A stretch of 64,000 nucleotides of DNA from Eledone cirrhosa (taxonomy: Eukaryota), in assembly GCA_964016885.1 (NCBI GenBank), contig OZ024742.1, positions 50,034,001 through 50,098,000 on the forward strand, given 5' to 3'. This document shows, piece after piece, positions 37,913 through 49,665 of the stretch. The position numbers and the translations under genes were made by a program. The notes under the pieces were generated by a model. It worked only from the letters and a program-made list of their open reading frames with translations, was not told where the DNA came from and ran no database searches. The stretch's first letter is position 1. Each line of letters opens with the position of its first letter.

Positions 37913-39073
37913 TATACGCTAAAACACGTGCTACAGAAATATTACCTTCCCCTCTCCACTGACTTTGGTCACTGAGGCCGAGGGAATCGCTGGTTGCTAT
38001 AGAGACACCTTGCACAAGCCAGAAGTAACCAGTTCGAGGCGGTTCTGACTTGACACCATGCGAAGAAGGTTGCCATTGAATTTGTGGTTGCTGCTGCTGA
38101 TAATAAGGACCATTTGAAGAAGGTTGCTGCTGATGAGGTAATTTATTAATCAGATTGCGCAGTTCCATAACCTACGTTTGATTTGTTCAATTTTTTTCTT
38201 CAATTTTTTTTGTTGTTTTTTTTTATTTCTTATTGAAAAAATATAAATAATAAAATAAGGTTAGAAATTTAAATACAATTAAATACGATTTAATTTCCAT
38301 TTCCAGCAGCCAATGTCCAGTGTTCAATTTCATGAAAAAATTGGAAATAATTCAAAAAATTGAAGTTTAACTTTTGAACATTTGTTTTGACAATAAAAAA
38401 ATATTTCCTTCTTCACACCTAATGGTATGATTAAAATTTCATAGGAATATTTTTTTCTGACCGCCAGTTATTTAAATATTATTAAAAATAATTTTTTTTT
38501 TCAAAAGAATGGAAGATTTTGTGGATTTTTTTACCACCTTCCAAGCCTTAAACACTAATTCTCGCGAATTTGTGTTTTGTAACGCCCCTCAGGACGCTGC
38601 TATTGTTGATTTCAATAGTGCCTGGTATTCGAATATGTTAGTATACAATTTTTTGAATAAAATTAAGGCGCAATTAGAGCTGCCAATTAAAATTTTTTTC
38701 GGATCGGCCCATATTATTTTTGGGAAAATTCTATTGGCTCTAATGAGTCTGCCTCTGTTGGCGTTATTTGCGAGAGTCACCATTTCTTGACTTTCAAGTT
38801 TGGTTATGCAGACTCATTACCTGTGCTTGAGCTGGCAGATTCGGGTCTTCACTTCAAACATTTTGACTTTTTTGATCGGATTAAATATTACCTTGATGAT
38901 GGTCACAGGGCTACAGTGAACAAAATTGGAAGATTGAATGGATTCAAAACTTTTTCCTTGACCCAAAATTTCGTTTTTAGGTTTAGGGTTCTAAATGTGC
39001 AGCAACAGATTAATGGAACTGATTGTGGTCTTTTTGTAATTTTATATTCTTTGATATGGGTTCTAAATTCTAA
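37761..39073 (+). mobile_element. Helitron-like unit with extra internal sequence, including a protease remnant
   Basis: 37761-38435 is closely similar to 40809-41475, which has Helitron termini. Confidence 0.65.
38509..39065 (+). pseudogene. Ulp1/C48-like cysteine protease fragment, frameshifted near 38770
   Basis: WYSNMLVYNFLNKI, then in the next frame ESHHFLTF, YADSL and VQQQINGTDCGLFV. This is the His-Asp-Cys order with the QQxNGxDCG oxyanion/nucleophile motif. Confidence 0.65.
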
Positions 39074-39345
39074 TCTCCTTATAATATATAACCAGCAATT
39101 TCTCTGTCTGTCTGTCCGACAGTGGAAACACGTGCGCGCGTGGTTGCTATCCCTCTCTCTCTCCAGCTATCCCTCTCTTTTAGTCTGTCTGTTTCTCTCA
39201 CTCTCACTCTTTCTCTTTGTAACACACTAACATTCCTCCCCTCTATCGCTGTGACGAATGGGGAGATGGAGGAGGAGAGAGTCGCTTCGTCACTTCACCT
39301 CTGCCTTTCTTTCTCTCCCCTCTCACTCCCTCATTACGTACAGAC
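39074..39345 (+). mobile_element. Helitron-like 5' fragment
   Basis: TCTCCTTATAATATATAACCAGCAATTTCTCTGTCTGTCTGTCCGACAGTGG, as at 37761 and 40809. Confidence 0.6.
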
Positions 39346-39348
39346 ATT

Positions 39349-39540
39349 AGGGCGGTGGATTGGCAGAATCTGTAGAGAGTCGGACACCATGCTTCATAGC
39401 ATGGAGTTACGTCCCTTTACGGTCTGAGTTCAAATACCTCCGAGGTTAATTTTGCCTTTCATCCTCACGGGGTCGATCAAATAAAGTACCAGTAATGTAC
39501 TGGTTAATTGCTGGCCTTGTGCCAAAAGTAGAAACAATTA
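39349..39540 (+). mobile_element. tRNA-derived SINE
   Basis: Full head, core and tail. Confidence 0.85.
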
Positions 39541-39660
39541 TTAGAAACATTGCTTTATTTTTACATATCTAAGCATTAGTAAAATAAATAATAATTTCAA
39601 AAGTAATTTTTCAATTCCAATTGTTATGAACAGCAAAACATTAATAATAATTTTGTTCTA

Positions 39661-39823
39661 AGAAATATTTATACATTTCTGTGTGTGTAATATATATATA
39701 TATACACACACAGAAATATATATACATTTCTGTGTGTGTAATATATATATATATACACACACAGAAATATATATACATTTCTGTGTGTGTAATATATATA
39801 TATATACACACACAGAAATATAT
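39661..39823. repeat. 51-bp x3 minisatellite built from self-complementary units
   Basis: AGAAAT at 39661, 39712, 39763 and 39814. Unit ATTTCTGTGTGTGTA(AT)nTACACACACAGAAAT. Confidence 0.9.
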
Positions 39824-40081
39824 GGGCGTTTCTCTGTTTGTCTGTCTGTCTGTCTGTCCTTCCCTAAAACTCAAATGTAGGTGATACAGAAATATTACCT
39901 TCCCCTTCCTTTCTCCACTTTGGTACTACCAAGAGAAACACTGTCGCTATAGAAATATTACCTTCCCCTCTCCACTGACTTTGGTCACTGAGGCCGAGGG
40001 AATCGCTGGTTGCTATAGAGACACCTTGCCCAAGCCAGAAGTAACCAGTTCGAGGCGGTTCTGACTTGACACCATGCCAAG

Positions 40082-40808
40082 TCTACTTATAATATATAAT
40101 GGGCATTTCTCTGTTTGTTTGTCTGTCTGTGCGTCTGTAAAAAATGACAAGGAAACAAATAGACGCGGTTTCAAATCTCTATGCTTTTCAAATTCATTAC
40201 ATTAATCTTTATTTATACGTTTCCCTTTACGAGTATTTCGACTTACGAGTGTTTCGGCTTACGAGTGTTTCGGCTTATCATTATATATAAACGTTTCGGT
40301 GGATTGGGGCGGTGGATTGGCAGTATCGGTAGAGGGACGGACGCCATGCTTTCCAGCATAGTTACGTCCCTTTACGATCTGAGTTCAGATCCCGCCGAGG
40401 TTAACTTTGCCTTTCATCCTTACGGGGTCGATGAAATAAAGTACCAGTAATGCACTGGGTAATTGCTGGCCTTGTGCCTAAACGTAGAAACAATTATATA
40501 TAAACGTTTCTATTTCCATCGTTTTATCGTAAACATTTATATATTTCCATCGTTATATCATAACGTTTATGTATCATAACGTTTATATTTCCGTCACTAA
40601 TCTCTTTTTCTCCTTTTTCGTTTTAAAATATATTTATTTCAAAGATTTCACCGTATAGATAACATATATATTTATACATGTAGAAAAGACACACCGAGAG
40701 ACGGTGAACATGTGGTGCCGAAAACATTTCTCATCCAAATCTCAACAATATCAGTATATACACTAGATTTGCTAGTAGAAAACCGCCCACCGGGTGGTTT
40801 TCTGCTAG
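40082..40808 (+). mobile_element. Non-autonomous Helitron-like unit containing a SINE
   Basis: 5' TCTACTTATAATATAT; 3' hairpin ending CTGCTAG. Confidence 0.6.
40298..40497 (+). mobile_element. tRNA-derived SINE with TSD
   Basis: TTATATATAAACGTTTC flanks both sides; short duplication of the head (GGTGGATTGG twice). Confidence 0.9.
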
Positions 40809-41536
40809 TCTACTTATATATATAATCAGCAATTTCTCTGTCTGTCTGTCCGACAGTGGAATCACGTGCGTAGAGAGAGAGTGAGAGTGAAAGAAAGAGA
40901 CAGACTACGAGAGGGGGATAGCGGGAGGGAATGAGAGAGAGAGAGAGAGAGTGAATAGACGCTAAAACACGTGCTATAGAAACATTACCTTCCCCTCTCC
41001 ACTGACTTTGGTCACTGAGGCCGAGGGAATCGCTGGTTGCTATAGAGACACCTTGCACAAGCCAGAAGTAACCAGTTCGAGGCGGTTCTGACTTGACTCC
41101 ATGCGAAGAAGGTGTCCATTGAATTTGTGGTTGTTGCTGCTGATAATAAGGACCATTTGAAGAAGGTTGCTGCTGATGAGGTAATTTATAAATCAGATTG
41201 CGCAGTTCTGTAACCTACGTTTGATTTGTTCAATTTTTTTCTTCAATTTTATTTTTTTTTTTTAATTTCTTATTGAAAGAATATAAATGATAAAATAATG
41301 TTAGAAATTTAAATACAATTAAATACGAGTTAATTTCCATTTCCAGCAGCCAATGTCCAGTGTTCAATTTCATGAAAACATTGGAAATAGTTCAAAAAAT
41401 TGAAGTTTAACTTTTGAACATTTGTTTTGACAATAAAAAAATATTTCCTTATTCACACCTAATGGTATGATCAAAACTTCAGTATATACACAAGATTTGC
41501 TTGCAGAAAACCGCCCACCGGGTGGTTTTCTGCTAG
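40809..41536 (+). mobile_element. Complete non-autonomous Helitron-like unit (728 bp) in a head-to-tail array
   Basis: CTAG|TCTACTT at the start and GCCCACCGGGTGGTTTTCTGCTAG|TCTATAC at the end. Confidence 0.7.
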
Positions 41537-41829
41537 TCTATACATATAAAATTGATGTTGTCTGTGTGTCCACATTTTTGCAAAGTCTATACAAATACAC
41601 ATTTCTACTCCGATGGACTTCAAAGTTTGAAGTCCATCGGAGTAGAAATGTTTATACATTCCTTGCGGTCTAAAGATAATAACTGCTTCTTTTTTCTTTT
41701 CAATTTTCTGTTGTTAAAGGGTGTTATGCGCCGGTTATCCATCTCAATCGCGCTCTTATAATATCTGTCTGTATGCCTGGATGTCTGCATAACGTCATTC
41801 TGACGTATTATCTTTGCTACATTCACACC

Positions 41830-42066
41830 CAGACACGCGCGCGCGCACACGCACATATATATATATGTATACATATATACTTATATATACATATATATAT
41901 ATACACATATATACATATACACACACATATATACACATATACATATATATATATATATATATATACATATACAAACACATATACACATATATAAATATAG
42001 ACATAAAAATATATGTATATACACACACATATATATTTATATATATATATATATATACACATACAT

Positions 42067-42107
<41 letters not shown>

Positions 42108-42130
42108 TATATACACACATTCACACACAT

Positions 42131-42225
<95 letters not shown>

Positions 42226-42476
42226 GATACATTGTATGTCGCTTTAATCCGTCTTTTATTATTCAAAAAACTTCTTGCCAATAAACATTAACCCTTTGTG
42301 CGCCATTCATCTAACTGTTGACCAACAAATACCAAAGCGTTGACAAGAACGATGGCGAATGAATCTTCGAGGTAAGAAGTTTCCTCCCGGGCTGGTAGTT
42401 CACGCGGGATTCTCTGCTTTCGTAATAATACCGAACAACCTAGTGCTGGTCACTCCTTCCTCCAAAAGCGGTACAA

Positions 42477-42532
<56 letters not shown>

Positions 42533-42590
42533 TTTCTTTCTCTCTCTCTCTCCCTCCCCCTCTCTCTCTCTCTCTATATATATATATATG
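41830..42590. repeat. Complex (TA/CA)n (41830-42225) and (TC)n(TA)n (42481-42590) microsatellites
   Basis: Directly visible. Confidence 0.9.
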
Positions 42591-43057
42591 TTATAAGAAC
42601 AGATTAAAGTTTAAGCAAATAATCGCTGCTTTAAACATTAACGGGATCTTCTGAAACTAAACAAATTCATCTGTGAACGCAGAAGTAAATATTTCGAGAA
42701 ACGTAGCAACAGAAGGAAAACAGGAATACGACATTTTGGTTCGTGCAGACGTTCCGTGGAAATGAACGGAAAAAAAAGCGAGGAAAATACGTCGTTATGA
42801 GGAGCGGGAAGAACAATTCCATGCAAAGACAAGACGAAGTTTATGGTATAAATGGGGTAGTTAGACTAATATTCTATTTAAAATAACAGAATGATTTCCA
42901 GCCCCGGAGTTTAAGAATGATGTAAATAAAATTGAAAACGAAGATGACAGACGTTATTAAAATAGTAAAAGTAAATAGTGAAGGTTTAGGCCAGTACATA
43001 CGTATGCCCCGACGGACATACACATACATACGCACACACACATACATACATACCCAC

Positions 43058-43060
<3 letters not shown>
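42590..43060 (-). mobile_element. Solo pLTR fragment of the Naiad-type family, next to (TA)n
   Basis: Same orientation as and similar to 27704-28200 (AACAGATTAAAGTTTAAGCAAA.AATCGCTG...). Confidence 0.75.
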
Positions 43061-43146
<86 letters not shown>

Positions 43147-44939
43147 ACACATGCACGCACGCACGCATGTATAAACCTTATGCATTTTTACAGTATTTTC
43201 ACCCAACTTAAGACATAGGTTACTTATGTACTCTGGATGGTCATGGGCACTTTCATTTTTCCAGATATTGATTATAGGGCCCGCCGGCAGATAACCCCCT
43301 TTAACTACTTCCTTGGAGTCGACTGAAGCACTGCAGTGCAATGCAACAAAATGTCATAACTTCTGGAGTTCGCAACCGATTTTCACAAAACATGACACAT
43401 GGGATACGTTTGTTCAACAGATGAATGTGAACTCTCAGAATTGGCACATATTGAGTAGGGGACCCGTGGGGGCTAGAACCCCCTTTTGGAAAAAGCCGAT
43501 GATTTTGTAAAAGAATAGTTTTCGAAGCAGCACTGAAGTATTGACATAAATGGTAAACACAACTGCTATTTAATACCCGAGCAACGCCGGGTACCTCTGC
43601 TAGTATATATATATATAAAACTTATTCGCCTTTTATCAGTATAAATTGGAGATTTCCTTAAACAATTTGATAAACAATATCTCCCATTAAATTTGGATAC
43701 TAGTTGGAGTTTTTAGGTACATCCATCTATAGAAATACAGTGCAGTTATCTTCTAGCATTTATATAAATCAATATTTCATAAAATAAAGCAAAAAAATAT
43801 AGTGAATGTATAATGATTTCTTCCGTAGGCAACTAAACATTCTTTTGTAAAGAGATGAGATAGTATTTACCTGGAGGTGTATTATTGGTTTTTTCCTTCA
43901 TCTTCCTCTCAAAGATGAAAAGCAATATCAACCTACGGGAGTTCAGTGTTTTGTTAATAGTATTTCAGAGTAGAAAGGTGCAGTATCTATCACCTTTGTA
44001 GGTATTTCAAAACTGTTGAGATCGATACGGTTGATGATTGGTTTGAAAAAGAATGTAGATTTATTTATATAGAAATGAAACACGTTCATGGAGTTGATTC
44101 TGTTATGAGGAAAAATAATTATTTTGAAAAAAATAAACATGAGAAGTATGTCATAATATATTCTATGTATTCTGTGTGCAGAGGTTCGTTTTAATAACAG
44201 ACGAATTAGAGAGGAGAAACACTAATTCTATGAGATAGCTGTTAGTAAATAATAACAAATGAGTCGCCATAAAGAGTGGAATGATATTCCCGTTCGATGC
44301 ATTCAAGGATATGGTTGTTTAGTAGGTATTCTATCCGAAATGTGTTAAGAGAATTACTATAGAGATCTTATCCTGATATTGCAAAGGGTGAGTGTGATCA
44401 TCCTGACGTAGTGTTTGGTTTAAAAAATGGCGTGATTTTCAAATGTGAGCGTACATCGAGAAGATTTGAAGGAATTGTAATGTTGTGTAGGGAATCAGAT
44501 TCTATAATGTGTAAATTGTTTAGATTTTGCTGCTATAAACTGCGGCTATTTTATCATGCACTCATTGTACTGTGTTTTCTTTGTCAGTATTTTCTGTTCT
44601 GAAATACCCGGACGTCATACGGATGAGAACTTTAGGCGAAGAAAGGTTTGAATGATGTAAATAGTCATGTCATTATTTGTTACTGTTGGTTTTACTTAAA
44701 TCGATGAATGTCACTTCGGAATATCTGTACTTCGTCGCTGGGATTTATTGGGATTCAGTGAATTTCGTGTAAATCCTTCTCATATTTCTAACTCATACCT
44801 CAATTCTAGAAACATTTTTCATGCAAAAAAAAATTGGGAAAAGCCAATATCATCAGAAATGAGTTATGTGACGATCGTTCACTTCAACAGCTAGTGTCCG
44901 TGTGTTGATAATATTAATGTTTTCAGATTTAGACTCAAA

Positions 44940-45115
44940 GCCAACAAAGTTGCAGATGCAACAATAAATCAATTCGACCCCAGGGCGTTAGTGGTACTTT
45001 ATTTTAAGGACGAAAAGTAAAGCTAACCTCGGCGGGATTTGTACTCAGAATGTAAAGAACCATAAGACTATGACGCAAATCATGTTGTCCGACTAACTGC
45101 CGATACTGCCAATCC
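44940..45115 (-). mobile_element. Diverged SINE at the edge of a (TAA)n tract
   Basis: AACCTCGGCGGGATTTG...CCGATACTGCCAATCCA. Confidence 0.7.
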
Positions 45116-45160
45116 AACAATAATAATAATAATAATCATAATAATAATAATAATAATAAT

Positions 45161-45307
45161 AATATAAGTACATCACAAGTCTAAACACTAAGGATGCATG
45201 TGTGAATATGTGTGTTCTTTCTTGAACATGGCGGACCTTGTTGTCTCTTGAGGTCACTGGTTGTGACTTGGTGATAACTCGTATAAACATAAAGCAAGAT
45301 AAATGCA

Positions 45308-45308
<1 letters not shown>
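45161..45308 (+). mobile_element. 3'-UTR-only insertion of RLE family B
   Basis: Matches 47010-47158; (TAA)n on both sides. Confidence 0.85.
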
Positions 45309-45357
<49 letters not shown>

Positions 45358-45707
45358 GATGTGGCCTGCCCTTTCGACACGAGAGTGCAAGAGAAGGAGA
45401 GGGAGAAAATTAACCGATACCAGGACCTAAAGTGGGAGGTGAAAAGGATTTGGAACTGCCATGAAGTCAAAGTGATCCCGATTGTCATAGGCGCACTGGG
45501 GACTATCTCCAAAAGTTTCCAGGGATGGTTAAAGAAAATCGGCCCCTTCACGCTTTTTGGAACGCTTCAAAAGGCATGCTTGCTTGGAACAGCAAGAACC
45601 CTCCGATACGTCCTGAATATCTGAGGCTGCAGGTAGTGGCTTGATATTCATTCCAACGGACTTTCCAGTTAACTGGAAATGACTGAGATTCAAGGAATAA
45701 CAACAAC

Positions 45708-45710
<3 letters not shown>
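45358..45710 (+). mobile_element. 5'-truncated RLE family A1 element
   Basis: DVACPFDTRVQEKEREK...YVLNI plus 3' UTR; (TAA)n on both sides. Confidence 0.9.
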
Positions 45711-45756
<46 letters not shown>

Positions 45757-45757
<1 letters not shown>

Positions 45758-47159
45758 GAGTAAGAGCAATCTTAAGAACGGAATTGAATGCAAGGAATAG
45801 GATCGATGCCTTAAACACGCTTGCCATACCAGTAGTAACCTACAGTTACAATGTCATCAACTGGTCAAGCACAGAGATCCGTAGGCTCGATACAAAAATT
45901 CGAAAATTCTTAACCATGCACAGAATGCATCATCCTAAGGCAGATATAGATAGAATATATCTCCCTAGGAAAGAAGGAGGACGTGGGTTAATCCAGTTAG
46001 ACATTGCGTTGAAAACTGCAACAATTGGATTATCTACATATCTAAGGGAATCACATGATTGGATGATCAAACTCGTTTTGAAACACGAAAGCATCAAAAG
46101 ATCATATTCCATTACAAAAGATGCACAAAGATACAGTAATGGACTACAAATTTCAGAAGTCCCATTTACTGCTGAAATGGAAAACACAGAAAAAGCAAAG
46201 CAGGTAAAAGTAACTGCAAAGAAAGAACTGCTACAGATACTGGCTAAGAAATGGCAAGAAAAGCCTCTGTATGGAAAATACCCAGAGCGAGCTAACAATC
46301 CTGATGTTGACAAAACTTTAACCCATCAGTGGTTGGCATCCTCTGGACTGAAATCGGAGACTGAAGGACTGATTATATCAGCACAAGATCAGTGTCTGCC
46401 AACAAAAAATTACCAAGCCAACATAATAAAAAATGGATGCAGCCTATTATGCCGTGTATGCAAAAAACAACCAGAGACCATTGACCATATAATTTCAATG
46501 TGCAGTCCTATAGCTCCAACCGAATACCTAAACAGGCATGACAGAGCTGCACAATACATACATTGGATAATGTGTAAACATTTTGACCTACCCCATCAAA
46601 AGAATTGGTGGGAGCATCAACCACCTCCCATACTTGAAAAAGATCACATCTCAATCTTGTGGAACTTTAGCATCCAAACAAACCGAAAAATAGATGCAAA
46701 TATACCTGATATAATATTGAAGGACTTTCAAAAGAGGGTATGCCTGCTAATTGATATGTCTGTCCCAATAGACAAGAATGTATCTATAAAAACATTTGAA
46801 AAATTGAGCAAGTATAAGGACCTGGAGATAGAAATTGGAAAAATGTGGAAATTGAGAACTAAAACAATACCAGTGGTTGTAGGCGCTCTGGGAATGATAC
46901 CTAAGGGGTCTAATGATTACTTATCGCAAGTCCCAGGAAACCCGCGTATAGGAGAAATACAAAAGATAGTACTAATGGGAACTGCCCATATACTAAGGAA
47001 GATTCTGTCAATATAAGTACATCACAAGTCTAAACACTAAAGATGCATGTGTGAGTATGTATGTTCTTTCTTGAACATGGCGGACCTTGTTGTCTCTTGA
47101 GGTCACTGGTTGTGACTTGGTGATAACTCGTATGAACATAAAGCAAGATAAATGCAACT

Positions 47160-47160
<1 letters not shown>
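45757..47160 (+). mobile_element. 5'-truncated R4/Dong-like RLE element, family B (open frame to 47016)
   Basis: RIYLPRKEGGRGL, CRVCKKQPETIDHIISMC, RHD, PDII...LIDMSVP...EKLSKY. The poly-Ile N-terminus in the ORF track is just the (ATA)n tract. Confidence 0.9.
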
Positions 47161-47194
<34 letters not shown>

Positions 47195-47202
47195 TATTAT
47201 TA

Positions 47203-49637
47203 TGCATCGACTAAAGTCACCACTCACTTATGTGGAGTGAAGATGAAAAAACAAAGGAGTTCCCACAAGAAATCTACTTGGCAAGAGAACATCAATCGCC
47301 AAATAAACCTTCTCCGATCTGACATAGAAATTTTAACAAACTATAAAGTAGGTGAGCATGTTAAACAATCTAAACTTAGAAAATTGAAAAGAAAGTACAG
47401 TATAAAATCAACAAGTGACATAGACATGCTGATAGAAATAATCAAGCAAAAAGTGTCGGCCAAAGCTGCTCGTATAAGGCGCTTTGATAAACGATCTACA
47501 TTCTATAAGGACAATAATATGTTCAAAAACAACCAAAGAAATTTCTACAGAAAAATTGGTAAGTCAACAATAACTGCTAAATCAATACCACCCAAGGGTC
47601 ATAATAGACACAAAAATCTATCAATTGCTTGGATAGATTATAAAAAAGCATTCGATACTTTGCCACACAGTTGGATTGAAAAATGTTTAGTGATTTTCAA
47701 AATATCCCCCATTGTCAGGAGGTTTTTGTCATTCAGTATGAAGACATGGAAAACTCACACTCCTTTTGGATAGTGAAACAAAATCACTGGAAGCTGGAGA
47801 AGTTAATATTAATTGTGAAATTTTTCAGGGTGACTCTTTATCACCGCTTTTATTCTGCATCGATCTTATACCATTAAGTAAAATACTCAATGAAACAAAA
47901 CATGGATATAAAGTCTATGACAAAACCATTAATCACTTGTTCTACATGGATAATCTGAAACTATTTGCAAAAAATGATGAACAATTGCAAGGGCTATTAT
48001 CCACTGTGGAGCAGTTCATTGATGACGTTAAACTGGAGTTTGGACTAGATAAATGCGCCAAAGCAACGTTCACCAGAGGAAAGCTGCTGAAGAGTTCAGA
48101 CATTAATCTTGATCGGGGGAACGTGATAAGAGAACTTGATCAAGAAAAACCTTACAAATATCTAGGTGTTTGTGAAGGAGACAGAATCAAGCACTCGACA
48201 ATGAGGGAAAGGATAAGGAAGGAATGTTACCGCAGAGTAAGAGCAATCTTAAGAACGGAATTGAATGCAAGGAATAGGATCGATGCCATAATCACGCTTG
48301 CCATACCAGTAGTAACCTACAGTTACAATGTCATCAAGTGGTCAAGCACAGAGATCCGTAGGCTCGATACAAAAATTCGAAAATTCTTAACCATGCACAG
48401 AATGCCTCACCCTAAGGCAGATATATATATAATATATCTCCCTAGAAAAGAAGGAGGACGTGGGTTAGTCGAGTTAGACGTTGCGTTGAAAACTGCAACA
48501 ATTGGATTATCTATTTATCTAAGGGAATCACATAATTGGATGATCAAACTCGTTTTGAGACACGAAAGCATCAAAAGATCATATTCCATTACAAAAGATG
48601 CACAAAGATACAGTAATGGACTACAAATTTCAGAAGTCCCATTTACTGCTGAAATGGAAAACACAGAAAAAGCAAAGCAGGTAAAAGTAACTGCAAAGAA
48701 AGAACTGCTACAGAAACTGGCTAAGAAATGGCAAGAAAAGCCTCTGTATGGAAAATACCCAGAACGAGCTAACAATCCTGATGTTGACAAAACTTCAACC
48801 CATCAGTGGTTGGCATCCTCTGGACTGAAATCGGAGACTGAAGGACTGATTATGTCAGCACAAGATCAGTGTCTGCCAACAAAAAATTACCAAGCCAACA
48901 TAATAAAAAATGAATGCAGCCCATTATGCCGTGTATGCAAAAAACAACCAGAGACCATTGACCATATAATTTCAATGTGCAGTCCTATAGCTCCAACCGA
49001 ATACCTAAACAGGCATGACAGAGCTGCACGATACATACATTGGATAATGTGTAAGCATTTTGACCTGCTCCATCAAAAGAATTGGTTGGAGCATCAACCA
49101 CCTCCCATACTTGAAAAAGATCACATCTCAATCTTGTGGAACTTTAGCATCCAAACAGACCGAAAAATAGATGCAAATAGACCTGATATAATATTGAAGG
49201 ACTTTAAAAAGAGGGTATGCCTGCTAATTGATATGTCCGTTCCAATAGACAATAATGTATCTATAAAAACATTTGAAAAGTTGAGCAAGTATAAGGACCT
49301 GGAGATAGAAATTGGAAAAATGTGGAAATTGAGAACTAAAACAATACCAGTGGTTGTAGGCGCTCTGGGAATGATACCTAAGGTGTCTAATGATTACTTA
49401 TTGTAAATCCCAGGAAACCCGCGTATAGGAGAAATACAAAAGATAGTACTAATGGGAACTGCCCATATACTAAGGAAGATTCTGTCAATATAAGTACATC
49501 ACAAGTCTAAACACTAAAGATGCATGTGTGAGTATGTATGTTCTTTCTTGAACATGGCGGACCTTGTTGTCTCTTGAGGTCACTGGATGTGACTTGGTGA
49601 TAACTCGTATGAACATAAAGCAAGATAAATGCAACTG
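47203..49637 (+). mobile_element. Family B RLE element with internal deletion, frameshift and RT DD>DN
   Basis: KVSAKAARIRRF; deletion at about 47595; WIDYKKAFD; FQGDSLSPLLF; FYMDNL; premature stop at 49404. Confidence 0.9.
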
Positions 49638-49665
49638 TAATAATAATAATAATAATAATAATAAT

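Larger units (their letters stand above)
41537..43603 (+). mobile_element. Helitron-like unit with nested microsatellites and a Penelope pLTR fragment
   Basis: 5' TCTATACATAT; 3' ACCCGAGCAACGCCGGGT hairpin followed by CTAG|T. That both ends belong to one element is inferred. Confidence 0.5.

Noticed and set aside
43870-43931. Possible 62-nt minus-strand exon (LILLFIFERKMKEKTNNTPP)
   Set aside because: Weak polypyrimidine tract, and its phase is incompatible with the next candidate exon.
45679-45756. Apparent hydrophobic signal or TM N-terminus (poly-Ile) on the 445-aa ORF
   Set aside because: It is the (ATA)n tract plus the preceding element's 3' UTR, read in frame by chance.
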